IMG/VR virus record: IMGVR_UViG_3300044811_000050
Source: a virus
DNA: 64,000 nucleotides
Strand: one strand, 5' to 3'
Positions 35,923 to 46,565 of the stretch are shown in pieces; within the stretch, counting starts at the first letter, position 1, and every line of letters begins with the position of its first letter. A model generated the notes under the pieces. That model was given only the letters and a program-made list of their open reading frames with translations, was not told the DNA's origin and did not search any database. Both the position numbers and the translations under genes were made by a program.

Positions 35923-38547
35923 GTGGCCGGACGACATCGTGAGCCCAGCCGGATGGAGAACATCCAGGCAGCCGCGCGCCGGAAGATCGGCGGCGATCCA
36001 CGCCTCGGTGCTGGTGGCACGGCGGATCGCCCCTGGCACGTGGTCATCGACGACGCGGCGGACAAGTTCTTCGACTCCTTCCGGGCGCCCAGCTCCGACC
36101 AGGGCCCGCAGCGACCGGGGGAGCAGGGTGGGCGCACCGGGGAGGCCATGTTCCGCACCGTGCTGGCCGATCAGCAGGTGGCCGCGCAGGTAGCCCGGGA
36201 GACCGCCACCCAGCTCAAGACGGCGGCCAGCATGGCGGCGCAGTTCTCCGGTGAGCTGGGCCGGTTCACCACCGCGCTGAAGGCCCAGCAGGACGTGGAG
36301 CGCCAGCGGATCTCCGACGTGCTGGACCGTATCGAGCGCACCTTCGGCGGTGGCGGTAGCGGGGGCGGAACGGGCCCCTCAGCTGCCCCCAGAACGACCG
36401 GCGGCGGGGCCGGGTCTCCACGCTCGACCGGGGGCGGTTCCACGCGTCCCGCTGGCCCTGGGCGGCCAGCGCCGCCTGATATGAGCCACGCGAAGCTCAG
36501 CACCCATCAGGCGGCGGCCCACCGGATGAGTCACGGCGGGCTGCGCCGGCAGATCCTGCAACAGACCGGCGAGAGCTACCACCAGGCGTACGGCCAGGGC
36601 ACCGACCAGTCGCCGACCGTGGTCGCCATGCGCGACGCCAATGGCCAGGTCACCCACTACGAGGAGCGCGACGGCGCCGGGCAGCTGCTCAGCACGACGA
36701 GCGTGGACGATCCGCTGGCGCCCAGCATGGCCCGGCGCGCGATGCACGCGTTGACCGTCTCCCGGATGGCCGGCGCGCTCGCCTCCGGCAAGGGAGCCGG
36801 CGGCATCCTGCGGGCCGGCGCCGGGGGCATCGTCTCCGGGGTCTCCGGCTCCGGCGCGGTAGCCGGCGGGGTCGGCATGGCGGCCAAGATCGGCACCCGG
36901 GCCATCCCGTTCATCGGCACCGCGATGATGGTCGGCGACGCGGCCACCAGCGTGCTGCGCTTCGAGCAGGAGCAGCGCGCGAAGAACGCCTACTACCAGT
37001 CCATCCAGGGCGGCAGCAACGCCGCCGGCTTCGGTCAGCGGTTCCAGGAGGAAGGCTTCACCTGGGCCGAGATGTTCCGGGGCGGACTCCAGGACGACGC
37101 GGCCCGGCAGCTGTTCAAGGGCACCAGCGAGCTGGGGTTCAAGGACTCCGAGCGGTCCCGGATGCTCCAGTTCGGCTCGCAGAACTACCGCCAGATGGGG
37201 ATGGGCGTCGACCAGTCGCTGAAGGCCATCCAGATCGCCTCCTCGGGCGCCAACTCCAGCCTGGCCGGGGTGAGCAAGGCGCTGACCGACGTGACCAAGA
37301 CGGCGCGCCTGACCGGCCAGTCGGCCGACGTGATGCGGGACAAGTTCCTCGGCGTCATGGCCGTCGCCACGTCCGCCGGCTACGGCGCGGCGGCCCCCGA
37401 GGTGGCCAGCATCCTCACCCAGGCCGGGCCGGGCCGAGGCCGGGACATGGCCGGGGTGGACTACTCGGGGATGTTCTCCGAGACCCAGCAGCGGCTGCAA
37501 GCCGGTCAGATGGGGCTCAGCTACGGCCAGCTGGTCGCGCAGAACGCGAGCGGCAACGTCGCCCCGGGGCTGGAGGCGAAGGACAAGCAGCTCAAGTCGG
37601 CGGTGCAGAACACGCTCAGCCCCGCCGCGAAACGGATGATGGACGAAAAGATCAAAGCGGCTGGTGGCATCGAGGCGGTGCAGAACAATCCGGGACTGCG
37701 CCGGCAGATCGCCATCGACGTGATGAACGACCCGCGCTCGGGCATGGACCCCGGCATCATCAAGGCGATGGCCGGGGTCTATGGCGTCGACCTGGGTGAA
37801 GACCCGATGGCGGCCGGTGAGTGGGCGGTTGACCAGTACTCCGGCGGCGGCGCGATGGGCCCCAAGGCCAAGGCGGACGAGGCCGCCAAGCAGCAGCGGG
37901 ACATGGTCGACACCGATCGCCCCTGGGACGGCAGCTGGGGCCAGAGCAAGTTCGTCGGGGACAACAAGGCCAGCCAACTGTCCAAGGTCGACGTGTTCGG
38001 CTGGTTCACCGGCGAGGAGAAGAACAAGGACAAGGCCGTCCAGGCCTACGCGGACCGCCAGGGCAGCACCGGCAAGGTGGACCCCGCCATCGAGGCGATG
38101 ATCACCCAGTTGGGCGGCATGTCCGAGGTCGGCATCGAGGTGCAGACCAAAGACGGCCCGAAGGTGGTCAGCCAGTCCGACGCGATCAAGTACTACTCCG
38201 ATCAGGTCGCCAGCGGCCAGGCCACCATCGTGGGCGGCCCGGCCGACATCTCCGGCCGCAAGCTCGGCGAGGTCACCCAGACCACCGAGGGCAACTACCA
38301 GGGCGAATCCTCGGTCGGCAAGTCGGCCCAGGGCGACGCCTTCAGCGAGAAGGATTGGCGCAAAGATCATCCCTCCGGGACCGCCGCCGACGACACCGGC
38401 GGCAGCGGCAAGGTCACCATCGAGTTGTCCGACGAAGCCAAGCGGCTGTTCAAGATCGGCACCGTGTCCGGCAACGTCACCAACGGCCAGGTGGAAGCCG
38501 GCGCCGGGGCCGGCGTACCGCCCGCGCTTAGCCCGGGGCTGCGCTGA
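35923..38547 (+). CDS. Tape measure protein
   Basis: 874 aa, Ala/Gly/Gln-rich helical; follows the chaperone. Confidence 0.82.
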   Translation: MAGRHREPSRMENIQAAARRKIGGDPRLGAGGTADRPWHVVIDDAADKFFDSFRAPSSDQGPQRPGEQGGRTGEAMFRTVLADQQVAAQVARETATQLKTAASMAAQFSGELGRFTTALKAQQDVERQRISDVLDRIERTFGGGGSGGGTGPSAAPRTTGGGAGSPRSTGGGSTRPAGPGRPAPPDMSHAKLSTHQAAAHRMSHGGLRRQILQQTGESYHQAYGQGTDQSPTVVAMRDANGQVTHYEERDGAGQLLSTTSVDDPLAPSMARRAMHALTVSRMAGALASGKGAGGILRAGAGGIVSGVSGSGAVAGGVGMAAKIGTRAIPFIGTAMMVGDAATSVLRFEQEQRAKNAYYQSIQGGSNAAGFGQRFQEEGFTWAEMFRGGLQDDAARQLFKGTSELGFKDSERSRMLQFGSQNYRQMGMGVDQSLKAIQIASSGANSSLAGVSKALTDVTKTARLTGQSADVMRDKFLGVMAVATSAGYGAAAPEVASILTQAGPGRGRDMAGVDYSGMFSETQQRLQAGQMGLSYGQLVAQNASGNVAPGLEAKDKQLKSAVQNTLSPAAKRMMDEKIKAAGGIEAVQNNPGLRRQIAIDVMNDPRSGMDPGIIKAMAGVYGVDLGEDPMAAGEWAVDQYSGGGAMGPKAKADEAAKQQRDMVDTDRPWDGSWGQSKFVGDNKASQLSKVDVFGWFTGEEKNKDKAVQAYADRQGSTGKVDPAIEAMITQLGGMSEVGIEVQTKDGPKVVSQSDAIKYYSDQVASGQATIVGGPADISGRKLGEVTQTTEGNYQGESSVGKSAQGDAFSEKDWRKDHPSGTAADDTGGSGKVTIELSDEAKRLFKIGTVSGNVTNGQVEAGAGAGVPPALSPGLR

Positions 38548-39401
38548 TGGGTTACTGCTCGCTGGGTAACTACCAGTTCCGGATCGCCCCCTCCAACGTG
38601 GTGTTCCCGTTCGAGGTCGACTCCGTGGTTATCCCCACGGTGGGCGGCCGGGTGGTGCAGGTCTACGGCGTGACCATCGGCGACATGATCGTCCAAGGTC
38701 TGTTCGGCCAGGAACGTGGCACCGGCGGCAGCCGCGACTCCTGGGAGTTGGCCGAAGAGTTCCAGGCCGCCATGGCCAACATCGTCAAGGCGCAGAGCGC
38801 GGCGCCCAGCACCGGGCAGCTGACCGGCTACGACCCGAAGACCATGCACCCGCCGGTCCGGTTCCTGTTCAACGACGACTCAGCGGATCGGCGCGCCGCC
38901 GGGCTCCCCATTCACAACTGGGACTTCCAGGTCTACGTCAAGAGGCTTCAGGACTCGACCAACCAGGGATTTGTGGTCGAGCATTCCACCGGCAAGTTCT
39001 CCTACGGATACACGCTGACTCTCTTCATTGTCGAAGATAACTCTCGCATTCTGCGCCAGGTGGCGGTCGACAAGTTCATTGAAAGATTGGCCACCGGCGT
39101 CGGCTGGAAGCGCACCGAATACAACGGGCCGATGACCATGGAGGACCTGGACAAGTACGTCAAGGAGAATTCTCCGGACGGCTCGATCCATGGCCTGGTT
39201 CTGAAGCGATACCAGGAAGCGTCCTCCGGAAGCACGGCTGGATTCGGACTCACGGCGGGGGGAGATGCCACAGCTGCGGCGGCGCAAGCGGTCGCGCCGA
39301 AACTCGGTCCAGACGGCAAGCCATTGCCTGCCACGCCCGGGACGCCGGGGGCAACCACCCCGCCCGCATCCGGTGGCACAACACCCAACAGTCCTCGGTA
39401 A
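38547..39401 (+). CDS. Baseplate/tube-initiator protein
   Basis: PTVGGRVVQVYG motif; synteny. Confidence 0.65.
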   Translation: MGYCSLGNYQFRIAPSNVVFPFEVDSVVIPTVGGRVVQVYGVTIGDMIVQGLFGQERGTGGSRDSWELAEEFQAAMANIVKAQSAAPSTGQLTGYDPKTMHPPVRFLFNDDSADRRAAGLPIHNWDFQVYVKRLQDSTNQGFVVEHSTGKFSYGYTLTLFIVEDNSRILRQVAVDKFIERLATGVGWKRTEYNGPMTMEDLDKYVKENSPDGSIHGLVLKRYQEASSGSTAGFGLTAGGDATAAAAQAVAPKLGPDGKPLPATPGTPGATTPPASGGTTPNSPR

Positions 39402-39412
39402 TCAAGGAGAAA

Positions 39413-39631
39413 ATGATGGCAGGGGCAGACTTTGTCGGGATTTCTTGGGGGGCCGACACGGATATCTCCATGCCCGAACCGTTGACCCGCGCAGGGCTGG
39501 TCGACATGGGTGGCTTCACGTTCACCATCCGAGGTATCGCGCATGACTTCACCGAGGCTGACCGCGAGGTCTACCTGATCCCGACGTTCGCCCCGGACCC
39601 CTGGGGCATGGCCGGCGAGGTGGTGCCCTGA
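39413..39631 (+). CDS. Small hypothetical protein
   Basis: AAGGAG RBS; coupled to next gene. Confidence 0.65.
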   Translation: MMAGADFVGISWGADTDISMPEPLTRAGLVDMGGFTFTIRGIAHDFTEADREVYLIPTFAPDPWGMAGEVVP

Positions 39632-40332
39632 TGCCCGTCCTGGAGGCTCTGGAGACCAAGGGCGTCACCGGCGGCACCAACTGCAATATGTCCTTCCAGT
39701 CCAGCAACGGGTCGTTCGCCATCGCCGTGCGGGTCCGGAAGCTGGCCCACAAGTGGGAGGTCATCGCCACCGAGAGCCACGCCCGCATCAACCGCGCGAT
39801 GTACCCCCACCAGCGCGCGGTCGGGCAGTTCGCGCTCACCCTGGATATGAAGGGCTACGCGGAGTTCTCCCTCTTCATGGATTTCATGATGAGTTATGTG
39901 CGAGTGGAGAACAAGCCGCCCATGCTGGTTGTGATGTCAGTCCGGAATTTCTCCCGAAAGGGTATTCCTATCAAGGGAATGTCGATGGGGGATCACGTCG
40001 GGTCCAACCTGATTCAGCCGACCATCCTCTTCGAGTCGGCGCATGATCCGCTCGATACCACCATTGTTGCGCCGTCAGACGCGTCATCCAGCGCCCAGGG
40101 CGGCAAGGCCGAGAAGGACGCGCGGAACTTCTTCTACCCGTTCTCCCCCGGCTCGGAAGACCCCAACGTTAAAGCCGAGACGATCTACGACTTCAGCGGC
40201 TACAACCAGACGGTGATGCCTCCGGGGCCCGTTCCTCCGACCAGCTTGCCCATCGGAGACGCCAACCGATCCACGCCGAATACCGACACCAACGCCATCC
40301 CCTTCCTGGGCAACGTCAGCCCCGTCGGATAA
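39631..40332 (+). CDS. Baseplate/tail protein
   Basis: Synteny; coding-like bias. Confidence 0.65.
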   Translation: MPVLEALETKGVTGGTNCNMSFQSSNGSFAIAVRVRKLAHKWEVIATESHARINRAMYPHQRAVGQFALTLDMKGYAEFSLFMDFMMSYVRVENKPPMLVVMSVRNFSRKGIPIKGMSMGDHVGSNLIQPTILFESAHDPLDTTIVAPSDASSSAQGGKAEKDARNFFYPFSPGSEDPNVKAETIYDFSGYNQTVMPPGPVPPTSLPIGDANRSTPNTDTNAIPFLGNVSPVG

Positions 40333-40345
40333 CGGAGGTGTAGCT

Positions 40346-43051
40346 ATGCCGACCTTGCTTTACACGCCGCAGATCCGGGTGCGCATCGCCACGCACGGGA
40401 CCGGCAAGCCGCGCAACGCCGAGACCCTGGACATCTCTGATGATCTGGTGCAGGGCTCGCTGACCATCCGCACCAACGCGATCCACACCTTCTCGTTCCA
40501 GTTGCAGAACGCGCTGCGCAAGTACGACGGCGTCCTCCAGCCCATGGATCGGGTGGTCGTGGAGATGAAGCGGATCGTCTGGGTGCGGGTGTTCTCTGGC
40601 TACCTGAACAACGGCCCGGTCTTCTCGGTCTGGCCCCGGGTGCTCACGCTCACCGCGAGCTGCACCCTCAAGCGACTCCAGTTCTGGTACTGGGACTCCA
40701 CCGCGCCGGCCTCGGTCACCTTGATGGCCGGCACGATGAAGAGCCAGGGCGCCGACACCAACCAGACCACGCCCACCTCGGCCAGTCAGACCGGCCAGAC
40801 CAGCACCACGGCCACCCCCAAGACCCCGGACACCCAGGGCATCACCGGCAACGACCAGGCGGTCCGGGAGACCGCCGTGCGGGTGTTGGAGGAGGTGGTC
40901 GGCTGGAAGCAAGACAAGATCCATATCGCCGAGGTGCCCGCCGACTGGTACAAGATGGCCCAAGATCTCTACCAGATCGTCGTGAAGAAAACCAAGATCT
41001 CCGACGAGCTGTTCGGGGACTTCTCCTCCGGTGGCACGGTGGGCGGCTCGGCCATCGGCGGGGCCGCCGGTGGAGCGTTGGGCCAGGGCACCCTCTCGGC
41101 CGGCAACTACGGCGGCACCGCCTACTCAGCGGAGCAGGCCGCCAACGCCGCGACGATCTACAACGTGGCGGCCGGGCGGGGACTACCGGGGCAGGCGGCG
41201 GTCATCGGCATCGCCACCGCCTGGGCCGAGTCCAGCATGCGCAACCTCAATGCCGGTGACCGGGACTCCAAGGGGCTGTTCCAGCAGCGGCCGTCCCAGG
41301 GCTGGGGGACCGCCGCGCAGGTCACCGATCCGGTCTACGCGGCAGGCAAGTTTTACGACGCCCTGGTGAAGGTGCCCGGCTGGCAGACCATGTCCGTCGC
41401 CGCCGCCGCTCAAGCCGTGCAGCGCTCGGCGTTCCCCGGCGCCTACACGAAGTGGGAGGCCACCGCGCGAGCGGTCGTGGCGGCGATATCAGGCGGTGCC
41501 GCCGGCAAACCCGGGGCCGCCGGGGCCGTGGCGGGCGCCAAGGCAGGAGCGGCGGCCGGAGCCGCGATTGGCGCGGCCTCCGGGTCGGCCAAGATCGGAT
41601 CTGGTCGCAACGTGGCGCTGGTGGCGCACAACGTGATCGCCTCGAAGCCGCCCGGGTCCATCCGGTACTCGCTGGGTGGGGATGACGCCTACAGCGTCGC
41701 CGATCCCAAGGTGCTCGACTGCTCGTCCTTCGTGGACTGGGTGTACTACCACGCCGTCGGTCGCCCGTGGATCTCGCCGCGCAGCACCGCCGCCGCCGAG
41801 CAGGGCGCGGCCAAGAAGATCGACGTGGCCACCGCGAAGGCAACCAAGGGGGCGTTGCTGTTCGTCGGATCCCCCGCCGGCCACGTGGAAGTCTCCCTGG
41901 GCAACGGCATGACCGCCGCCGCGCACACCGACGGCATCCCGCTGGCAAACCAGGTCACCATCAGCGCGGCCGGGGGCAACTTCACCAGCGCCGGCCTGAT
42001 GCCGGGGGTGGACTACTCCGACGCGGCCACCAACCAGGCCGCCGCCGCCGCGTTGTCCAAGGTGCTGGGCATCCCCACCTCGGTGTCGGACCCGAACGAG
42101 GCCGGCGCCGGCACCATGGCCGGTGGTGCCGGGGGCGCGGCAGGAGCGGCGGCCGGGCCGGATGGCAATGCCGCGTTCAACGCCTTCGTCAACGTCTATG
42201 TCTGGGGCTTTCAGCCCGGCGACATATCCGGGGAGTCGTTCGTGGGCCCGGTTGCGCTGATGAACGACGAGCCGATCTTGCCGTGGATCGCCAACCTGAT
42301 GTCCACGATCATGCGGTCGTGGTGCTCGGCGCCCAACGGGGACTTCATGGCCTGGTTCCCGGACTACTTCGGGCTGTGGGACTCGGCGGCCAAGATGAAC
42401 ATCAAGTCGATCGAACTACAGGACTTCACCGTCGACTGGTACGACCAAGAGATCGTCACCCACCAGTACGTGGTGGGCGCCCCGGCGGCCATGTTCGACA
42501 CTCGGACCGCCACCGTGCAGTCGATGGCGGGCAGCGGCTCGTCGCTGGGCTTCCAGCTGGCCACCGACGGCATCGCCACGGTGGACTTCCCGGAGATCTT
42601 CAAAGCGATCTTCGGGATCGCCGCCAGCGACCAGTTCATCAAGGATTATCTGGACCGGTTCGGCGGTCGCCCGAATGTCATCAATGTTCCCTCGATCAGA
42701 ACGAGAAGCGGCGCCGAGTTCTTCTACGCGTTGTATCTGTTCATGCAGCGATGGGCCAACCAATTCCGAGCCGACGTTCCCATGACATTCATGCCGGAGC
42801 TGTGGCCAGGAATGCTGCTGGTGCTGCCTGAATACCAGTTCCAGGCCTACATTATGGAAGTCAATCACACCTTCCAGTTCGGTCCCGGCGGTGGCTTTCA
42901 GACGAAAGCGAAGATCTGTGCTCCGGCACGTACCACCCAGAAGACCGACATTTTCGGATTGTTGCCGTTGGCCGGCAGCGCCCGACCTCCCGCCGCGCCG
43001 ACCGGTACCAACGCGATCACGAATACGGCGAAAGCGAAGAACGCCAAATGA
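40346..43051 (+). CDS. Baseplate hub with lysozyme-like and NlpC/P60 peptidoglycan hydrolase domains
   Basis: AESSMRNL..GDRDSKGLFQQRPSQGWG; LDCSSFV...GHVEV. Confidence 0.87.
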   Translation: MPTLLYTPQIRVRIATHGTGKPRNAETLDISDDLVQGSLTIRTNAIHTFSFQLQNALRKYDGVLQPMDRVVVEMKRIVWVRVFSGYLNNGPVFSVWPRVLTLTASCTLKRLQFWYWDSTAPASVTLMAGTMKSQGADTNQTTPTSASQTGQTSTTATPKTPDTQGITGNDQAVRETAVRVLEEVVGWKQDKIHIAEVPADWYKMAQDLYQIVVKKTKISDELFGDFSSGGTVGGSAIGGAAGGALGQGTLSAGNYGGTAYSAEQAANAATIYNVAAGRGLPGQAAVIGIATAWAESSMRNLNAGDRDSKGLFQQRPSQGWGTAAQVTDPVYAAGKFYDALVKVPGWQTMSVAAAAQAVQRSAFPGAYTKWEATARAVVAAISGGAAGKPGAAGAVAGAKAGAAAGAAIGAASGSAKIGSGRNVALVAHNVIASKPPGSIRYSLGGDDAYSVADPKVLDCSSFVDWVYYHAVGRPWISPRSTAAAEQGAAKKIDVATAKATKGALLFVGSPAGHVEVSLGNGMTAAAHTDGIPLANQVTISAAGGNFTSAGLMPGVDYSDAATNQAAAAALSKVLGIPTSVSDPNEAGAGTMAGGAGGAAGAAAGPDGNAAFNAFVNVYVWGFQPGDISGESFVGPVALMNDEPILPWIANLMSTIMRSWCSAPNGDFMAWFPDYFGLWDSAAKMNIKSIELQDFTVDWYDQEIVTHQYVVGAPAAMFDTRTATVQSMAGSGSSLGFQLATDGIATVDFPEIFKAIFGIAASDQFIKDYLDRFGGRPNVINVPSIRTRSGAEFFYALYLFMQRWANQFRADVPMTFMPELWPGMLLVLPEYQFQAYIMEVNHTFQFGPGGGFQTKAKICAPARTTQKTDIFGLLPLAGSARPPAAPTGTNAITNTAKAKNAK

Positions 43052-44250
43052 GCTACCCGGTCAGCCAGCCCACCTACCCCGGTGGCACGGGGCATGGCAT
43101 CGCCTACAAGCCGGTCACGGTGGTCAGCGTCAACACCGAGACCCGGATCGCGGTCACCCGCGACTCGTTCGGTAAGTACGACAACGTCCGCTGCGACATC
43201 ATGCGCGCGAAGGGCAACCTGCCGGCGCCCCGCGAGCAATGGCTGATCGACCGGCAGTACGGCGACTGGGTGTTCGGGGCGATCATCACCGGTGGCACCG
43301 AGGGAGTGATCATCCCGCAGGACAACGTCACCGGCTTGAACGAGGCTCAGGCGTCCACCGACGAGCGCATCGTCGGCATCCAGAACGGCACCCTAGGCCA
43401 GATCCAGGGCAAGGGCGACATCCTGGTGGGCACCCAGTCCGGCATCGCCACCGCCCAACCAGCTGGCGGTAGCGGGCAGTATCTGTGCGCCGACCCCACC
43501 AAGGCGGCCGGGCTGGATTACCGAGAGGGCCTCGCGCTCAGCGCCCCGCTGGACGGGGCCCGCGCGGCCGGTCGCTACGTCGGCAACACCGTCTCCGGGC
43601 AGCCGTCCTTCGGGACGTTCCTCGCGGGCGACTGGGTGCGTGATGCCGCCGGCTACGACTGGATCTGTACGTCCGGCGGGACGCCCGGCACCTGGGAGAG
43701 CAAGGACTACACCGCCGAGCAGCCGGGCAAGCACATCTGGCGATACACCGGCGGCTCCGTGGCGGCCAACGTCCCCGTGATGGCCACCGGATTCAACAAC
43801 CTCACCCACGCCGGCATCGCATTGCGATCCGGGGGGACCTTCTCCTGGCGGAAGACCGGGCGGTGGGCCATCCACGCCATGGTGGAATCCGATTGTCCCG
43901 ACGCCGGGGTATTCCATTCATTCTTCCAGTTCGGCTCGCCCAACCCGATAGGGATCGAAAACACCATCTTGCGGGACCGACGCTACCGGCCAGGTAACGG
44001 CGCCTTCACCATCACCACGCAGGTGTGGAACGGGCTCACACCGGGGGCCAACGTACCCACCCCCGTCACCGGAACCACCGGCTTCCCAGGCGCGGGCGCC
44101 ATGACCCAATCCTTGAGCTGGGCTGGCTGGATTTATCCACAGGAAGCCCTGGGGGCATTCTCCCTGAATTTCTACTGGGCCTGCCCCAGCCCCACCGCGC
44201 CGGTAACGTGTGATTACAGGGTCGGCATGGAATACCTAGGACCGTACTGA
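43048..44250 (+). CDS. Baseplate spike/tail-tip protein
   Basis: OB-like N-terminus; W.C...GTPGTW motif. Confidence 0.6.
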   Translation: MSYPVSQPTYPGGTGHGIAYKPVTVVSVNTETRIAVTRDSFGKYDNVRCDIMRAKGNLPAPREQWLIDRQYGDWVFGAIITGGTEGVIIPQDNVTGLNEAQASTDERIVGIQNGTLGQIQGKGDILVGTQSGIATAQPAGGSGQYLCADPTKAAGLDYREGLALSAPLDGARAAGRYVGNTVSGQPSFGTFLAGDWVRDAAGYDWICTSGGTPGTWESKDYTAEQPGKHIWRYTGGSVAANVPVMATGFNNLTHAGIALRSGGTFSWRKTGRWAIHAMVESDCPDAGVFHSFFQFGSPNPIGIENTILRDRRYRPGNGAFTITTQVWNGLTPGANVPTPVTGTTGFPGAGAMTQSLSWAGWIYPQEALGAFSLNFYWACPSPTAPVTCDYRVGMEYLGPY

Positions 44251-44252
44251 TG

Positions 44253-44294
44253 GCCTGTTCATTCTTGACATTCAGCGGTTTAAGAGGTGAAGGG
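44253..44294 (+). promoter_or_regulatory. Bipartite motif copy 8 (GCCTGTT-N22-AAGAGGTGAAGGG)
   Basis: Upstream of baseplate wedge genes. Confidence 0.75.
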
Positions 44295-44301
44295 AGGAAC
44301 T

Positions 44302-44727
44302 GTGAAGACGATCGCGCTGCGAGACGGTGACTTGGTGCTCGGTCAGGGTGGTTATCTGCTACATACCGGGACCGATCGGATCCGTCAGGATCTGACTCTG
44401 GCTTTGATGGAGGAGTACGGCGGCGACCGGTTTCATCCCCGCTACGGCTCGGTGGTCAAGCGGTACATCGGCAACGTGATCACCCCGCACCTCCAGGAGC
44501 TGGTTAAGGCCGAAATCAACCGGGTGGTGCAGAACTACATCGTGATCCAGCAGGCCGAGGTGCTGCGCGATTCCCAGGTGGATGTGATCGGCCGGTTCAG
44601 GACCTCGGACGTGGTGCGCTCGCTGCTGTCGATCAACGTCGCCACGCAGATGGACCGCATCGACATTCAGCTCGCCCTGGAGACATTGGCCCGGACGACA
44701 GTCAAGATCAGCAAGCAGGTGGCCTGA
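44302..44727 (+). CDS. Baseplate wedge subunit (gp25/GPW-like)
   Basis: GDL...QDL......G.DRFHPRYGS motif; GTG 44302. Confidence 0.8.
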   Translation: MKTIALRDGDLVLGQGGYLLHTGTDRIRQDLTLALMEEYGGDRFHPRYGSVVKRYIGNVITPHLQELVKAEINRVVQNYIVIQQAEVLRDSQVDVIGRFRTSDVVRSLLSINVATQMDRIDIQLALETLARTTVKISKQVA

Positions 44728-46556
44728 TGCCCACTTCAGGGGAGATCGCCAGCCGGATGATGTCCGCGCTCCGGGCTTCGGAGCCCGATCTGGACACCTC
44801 GATCGGCACCCCGCTGCGCAAGATCTTGGACGCGGTCTCCGAGGCCATCTCCGAGGCCTACGTCGATGAGCACCTGATCACCTACGCCTACGACATCGAC
44901 TCCAAGGTGGAGGGTGATCTGGACGACTTCGTGGCGCTGTTCGGCTTCGCCCGGATCCCGGCCCAGCGCGCCCAGGGTGTGATCACCTTCAACCGGCCGG
45001 CGGACGACGCGTCCAACCAGACCACCGTGGTCATCCCGCCCGGCACCCAGGTAGCCGCGCTGACCAACCCGCTGGTGTACGCCCAGACCATCGTCTCGGC
45101 GTTGATGAACCCGGGCCAGTACTCGGTGGAGGTCCCGGTACAGGCGCTGGTCGCCGGCCCAGACGGCAACGTGGCGGCCGGACTGCTGACCCAGATGGTG
45201 CGCCAGGTCGGGTTGGCCAGCTCCATCGTCAACTCCGAGCCGATGTCTGGCGGCACCCCGCAGGAGTCCGACGACGAGCTGCGCCAGCGGTTCAAGGCCA
45301 CCGTGTTCCGGTCCCTGGCTGGCACTCAGGCGATGTATGAGGGGATCTGTCGGGAGGTTCCCCAGGATCCGGCGCTGCCGGACACCAAGGCGATCCACAA
45401 GGTCAACGTGCTGGGCTCCTCGAAGCGGTGGCGCGAGCAGGTGCAGATCACCGGCGGCACCGCCGGCTCGATCATCACCGGGGCCGCCTACATCTTCCCC
45501 GACAACTGCTTCGTGGGCCCGGACATCGACGGCGGCAGCCTGCTCACCCCCGGGGTGCACTACACCTTCACTCCGAGCAACCCGACCAACCAGGGCGACG
45601 CCAGCGCCGTGCTGGCCTCGTTGTCCACCGCCGCCATGCCCGACGGGCTCTACGACTTGGACTTCGAGTACGTCCCGCAGTCCAGCCGCAACGACCCGGG
45701 CAACACCCGGTTCGGCCAGGGCGGGATCAACAACCGCATCGACGTCTGGTTCGACGGGAAGATCCCGGACATCGCCACCCAGAGCGTGGTGTTCTCCGAC
45801 GTCAAAAAGTTCAGCGGCACCCTGAACAATATCTACTACAACATGAACTTCCGGCAGGATTCGGACACCACCCCCAACCCGCCGGTGAACAACATCTTCA
45901 TTCCCCTGGCATTCGGCCCTCTTCTGGGGGTGCCCGATCAGATGACCATCGGTGGCGTGGTCTACCTGGAGGGGACCGACTACAACATCGTGCACCAATC
46001 CAACTGTTTCGGGTACACCGCGACGAGCCTGTACGGGCTGGCTTGGAGCACCACTAAACGACCGGCGAACAATACCGTTTTCTCGATCACCTACAGCTAC
46101 AACAAGCTCGCCGGGATTGTGCAAGACGCCATCGCACAATGGCGACTCGTCGGCACCGACGCCAAGGCGCATTGCGGCAAGGTCTCTCGATTGAAGTTCA
46201 ATCTCGCGGTCATGTATGACCGCCGGTACGACTCGGTCGCCGTGAGCACCGAGATCAACCAGGCCTTGTCGCAATTCCTGAGTAATCTGGGGTTTGAGGC
46301 CGCGCTTCAGGTATCCGATGTTCTCCAAACCGTGCACAATGTTCCAGGCGTGGACAATGTTCGCTTTCTGACTAGCGCGGATGATCCGGTCAACTATGCC
46401 ATTCAGCGGATCTCAAACACCGGTACCGAAGCGGTGGTCGCCACCTTCTCGTACCTGGGGCGGGCAGCGGACGTCCAGTTCCCCGACGATCGCTACCCGG
46501 TTTTCCATTCCACGAACATCATGCAAAAAGCGGCGAACACGTTCGGCCAAGGCTGA
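44727..46556 (+). CDS. Baseplate J-like protein
   Basis: GPDGNVAAG, GG...ESDDELRQR and VPGVDNV motifs. Confidence 0.92.
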   Translation: MPTSGEIASRMMSALRASEPDLDTSIGTPLRKILDAVSEAISEAYVDEHLITYAYDIDSKVEGDLDDFVALFGFARIPAQRAQGVITFNRPADDASNQTTVVIPPGTQVAALTNPLVYAQTIVSALMNPGQYSVEVPVQALVAGPDGNVAAGLLTQMVRQVGLASSIVNSEPMSGGTPQESDDELRQRFKATVFRSLAGTQAMYEGICREVPQDPALPDTKAIHKVNVLGSSKRWREQVQITGGTAGSIITGAAYIFPDNCFVGPDIDGGSLLTPGVHYTFTPSNPTNQGDASAVLASLSTAAMPDGLYDLDFEYVPQSSRNDPGNTRFGQGGINNRIDVWFDGKIPDIATQSVVFSDVKKFSGTLNNIYYNMNFRQDSDTTPNPPVNNIFIPLAFGPLLGVPDQMTIGGVVYLEGTDYNIVHQSNCFGYTATSLYGLAWSTTKRPANNTVFSITYSYNKLAGIVQDAIAQWRLVGTDAKAHCGKVSRLKFNLAVMYDRRYDSVAVSTEINQALSQFLSNLGFEAALQVSDVLQTVHNVPGVDNVRFLTSADDPVNYAIQRISNTGTEAVVATFSYLGRAADVQFPDDRYPVFHSTNIMQKAANTFGQG

Positions 46557-46565
46557 GGCGGGCGG

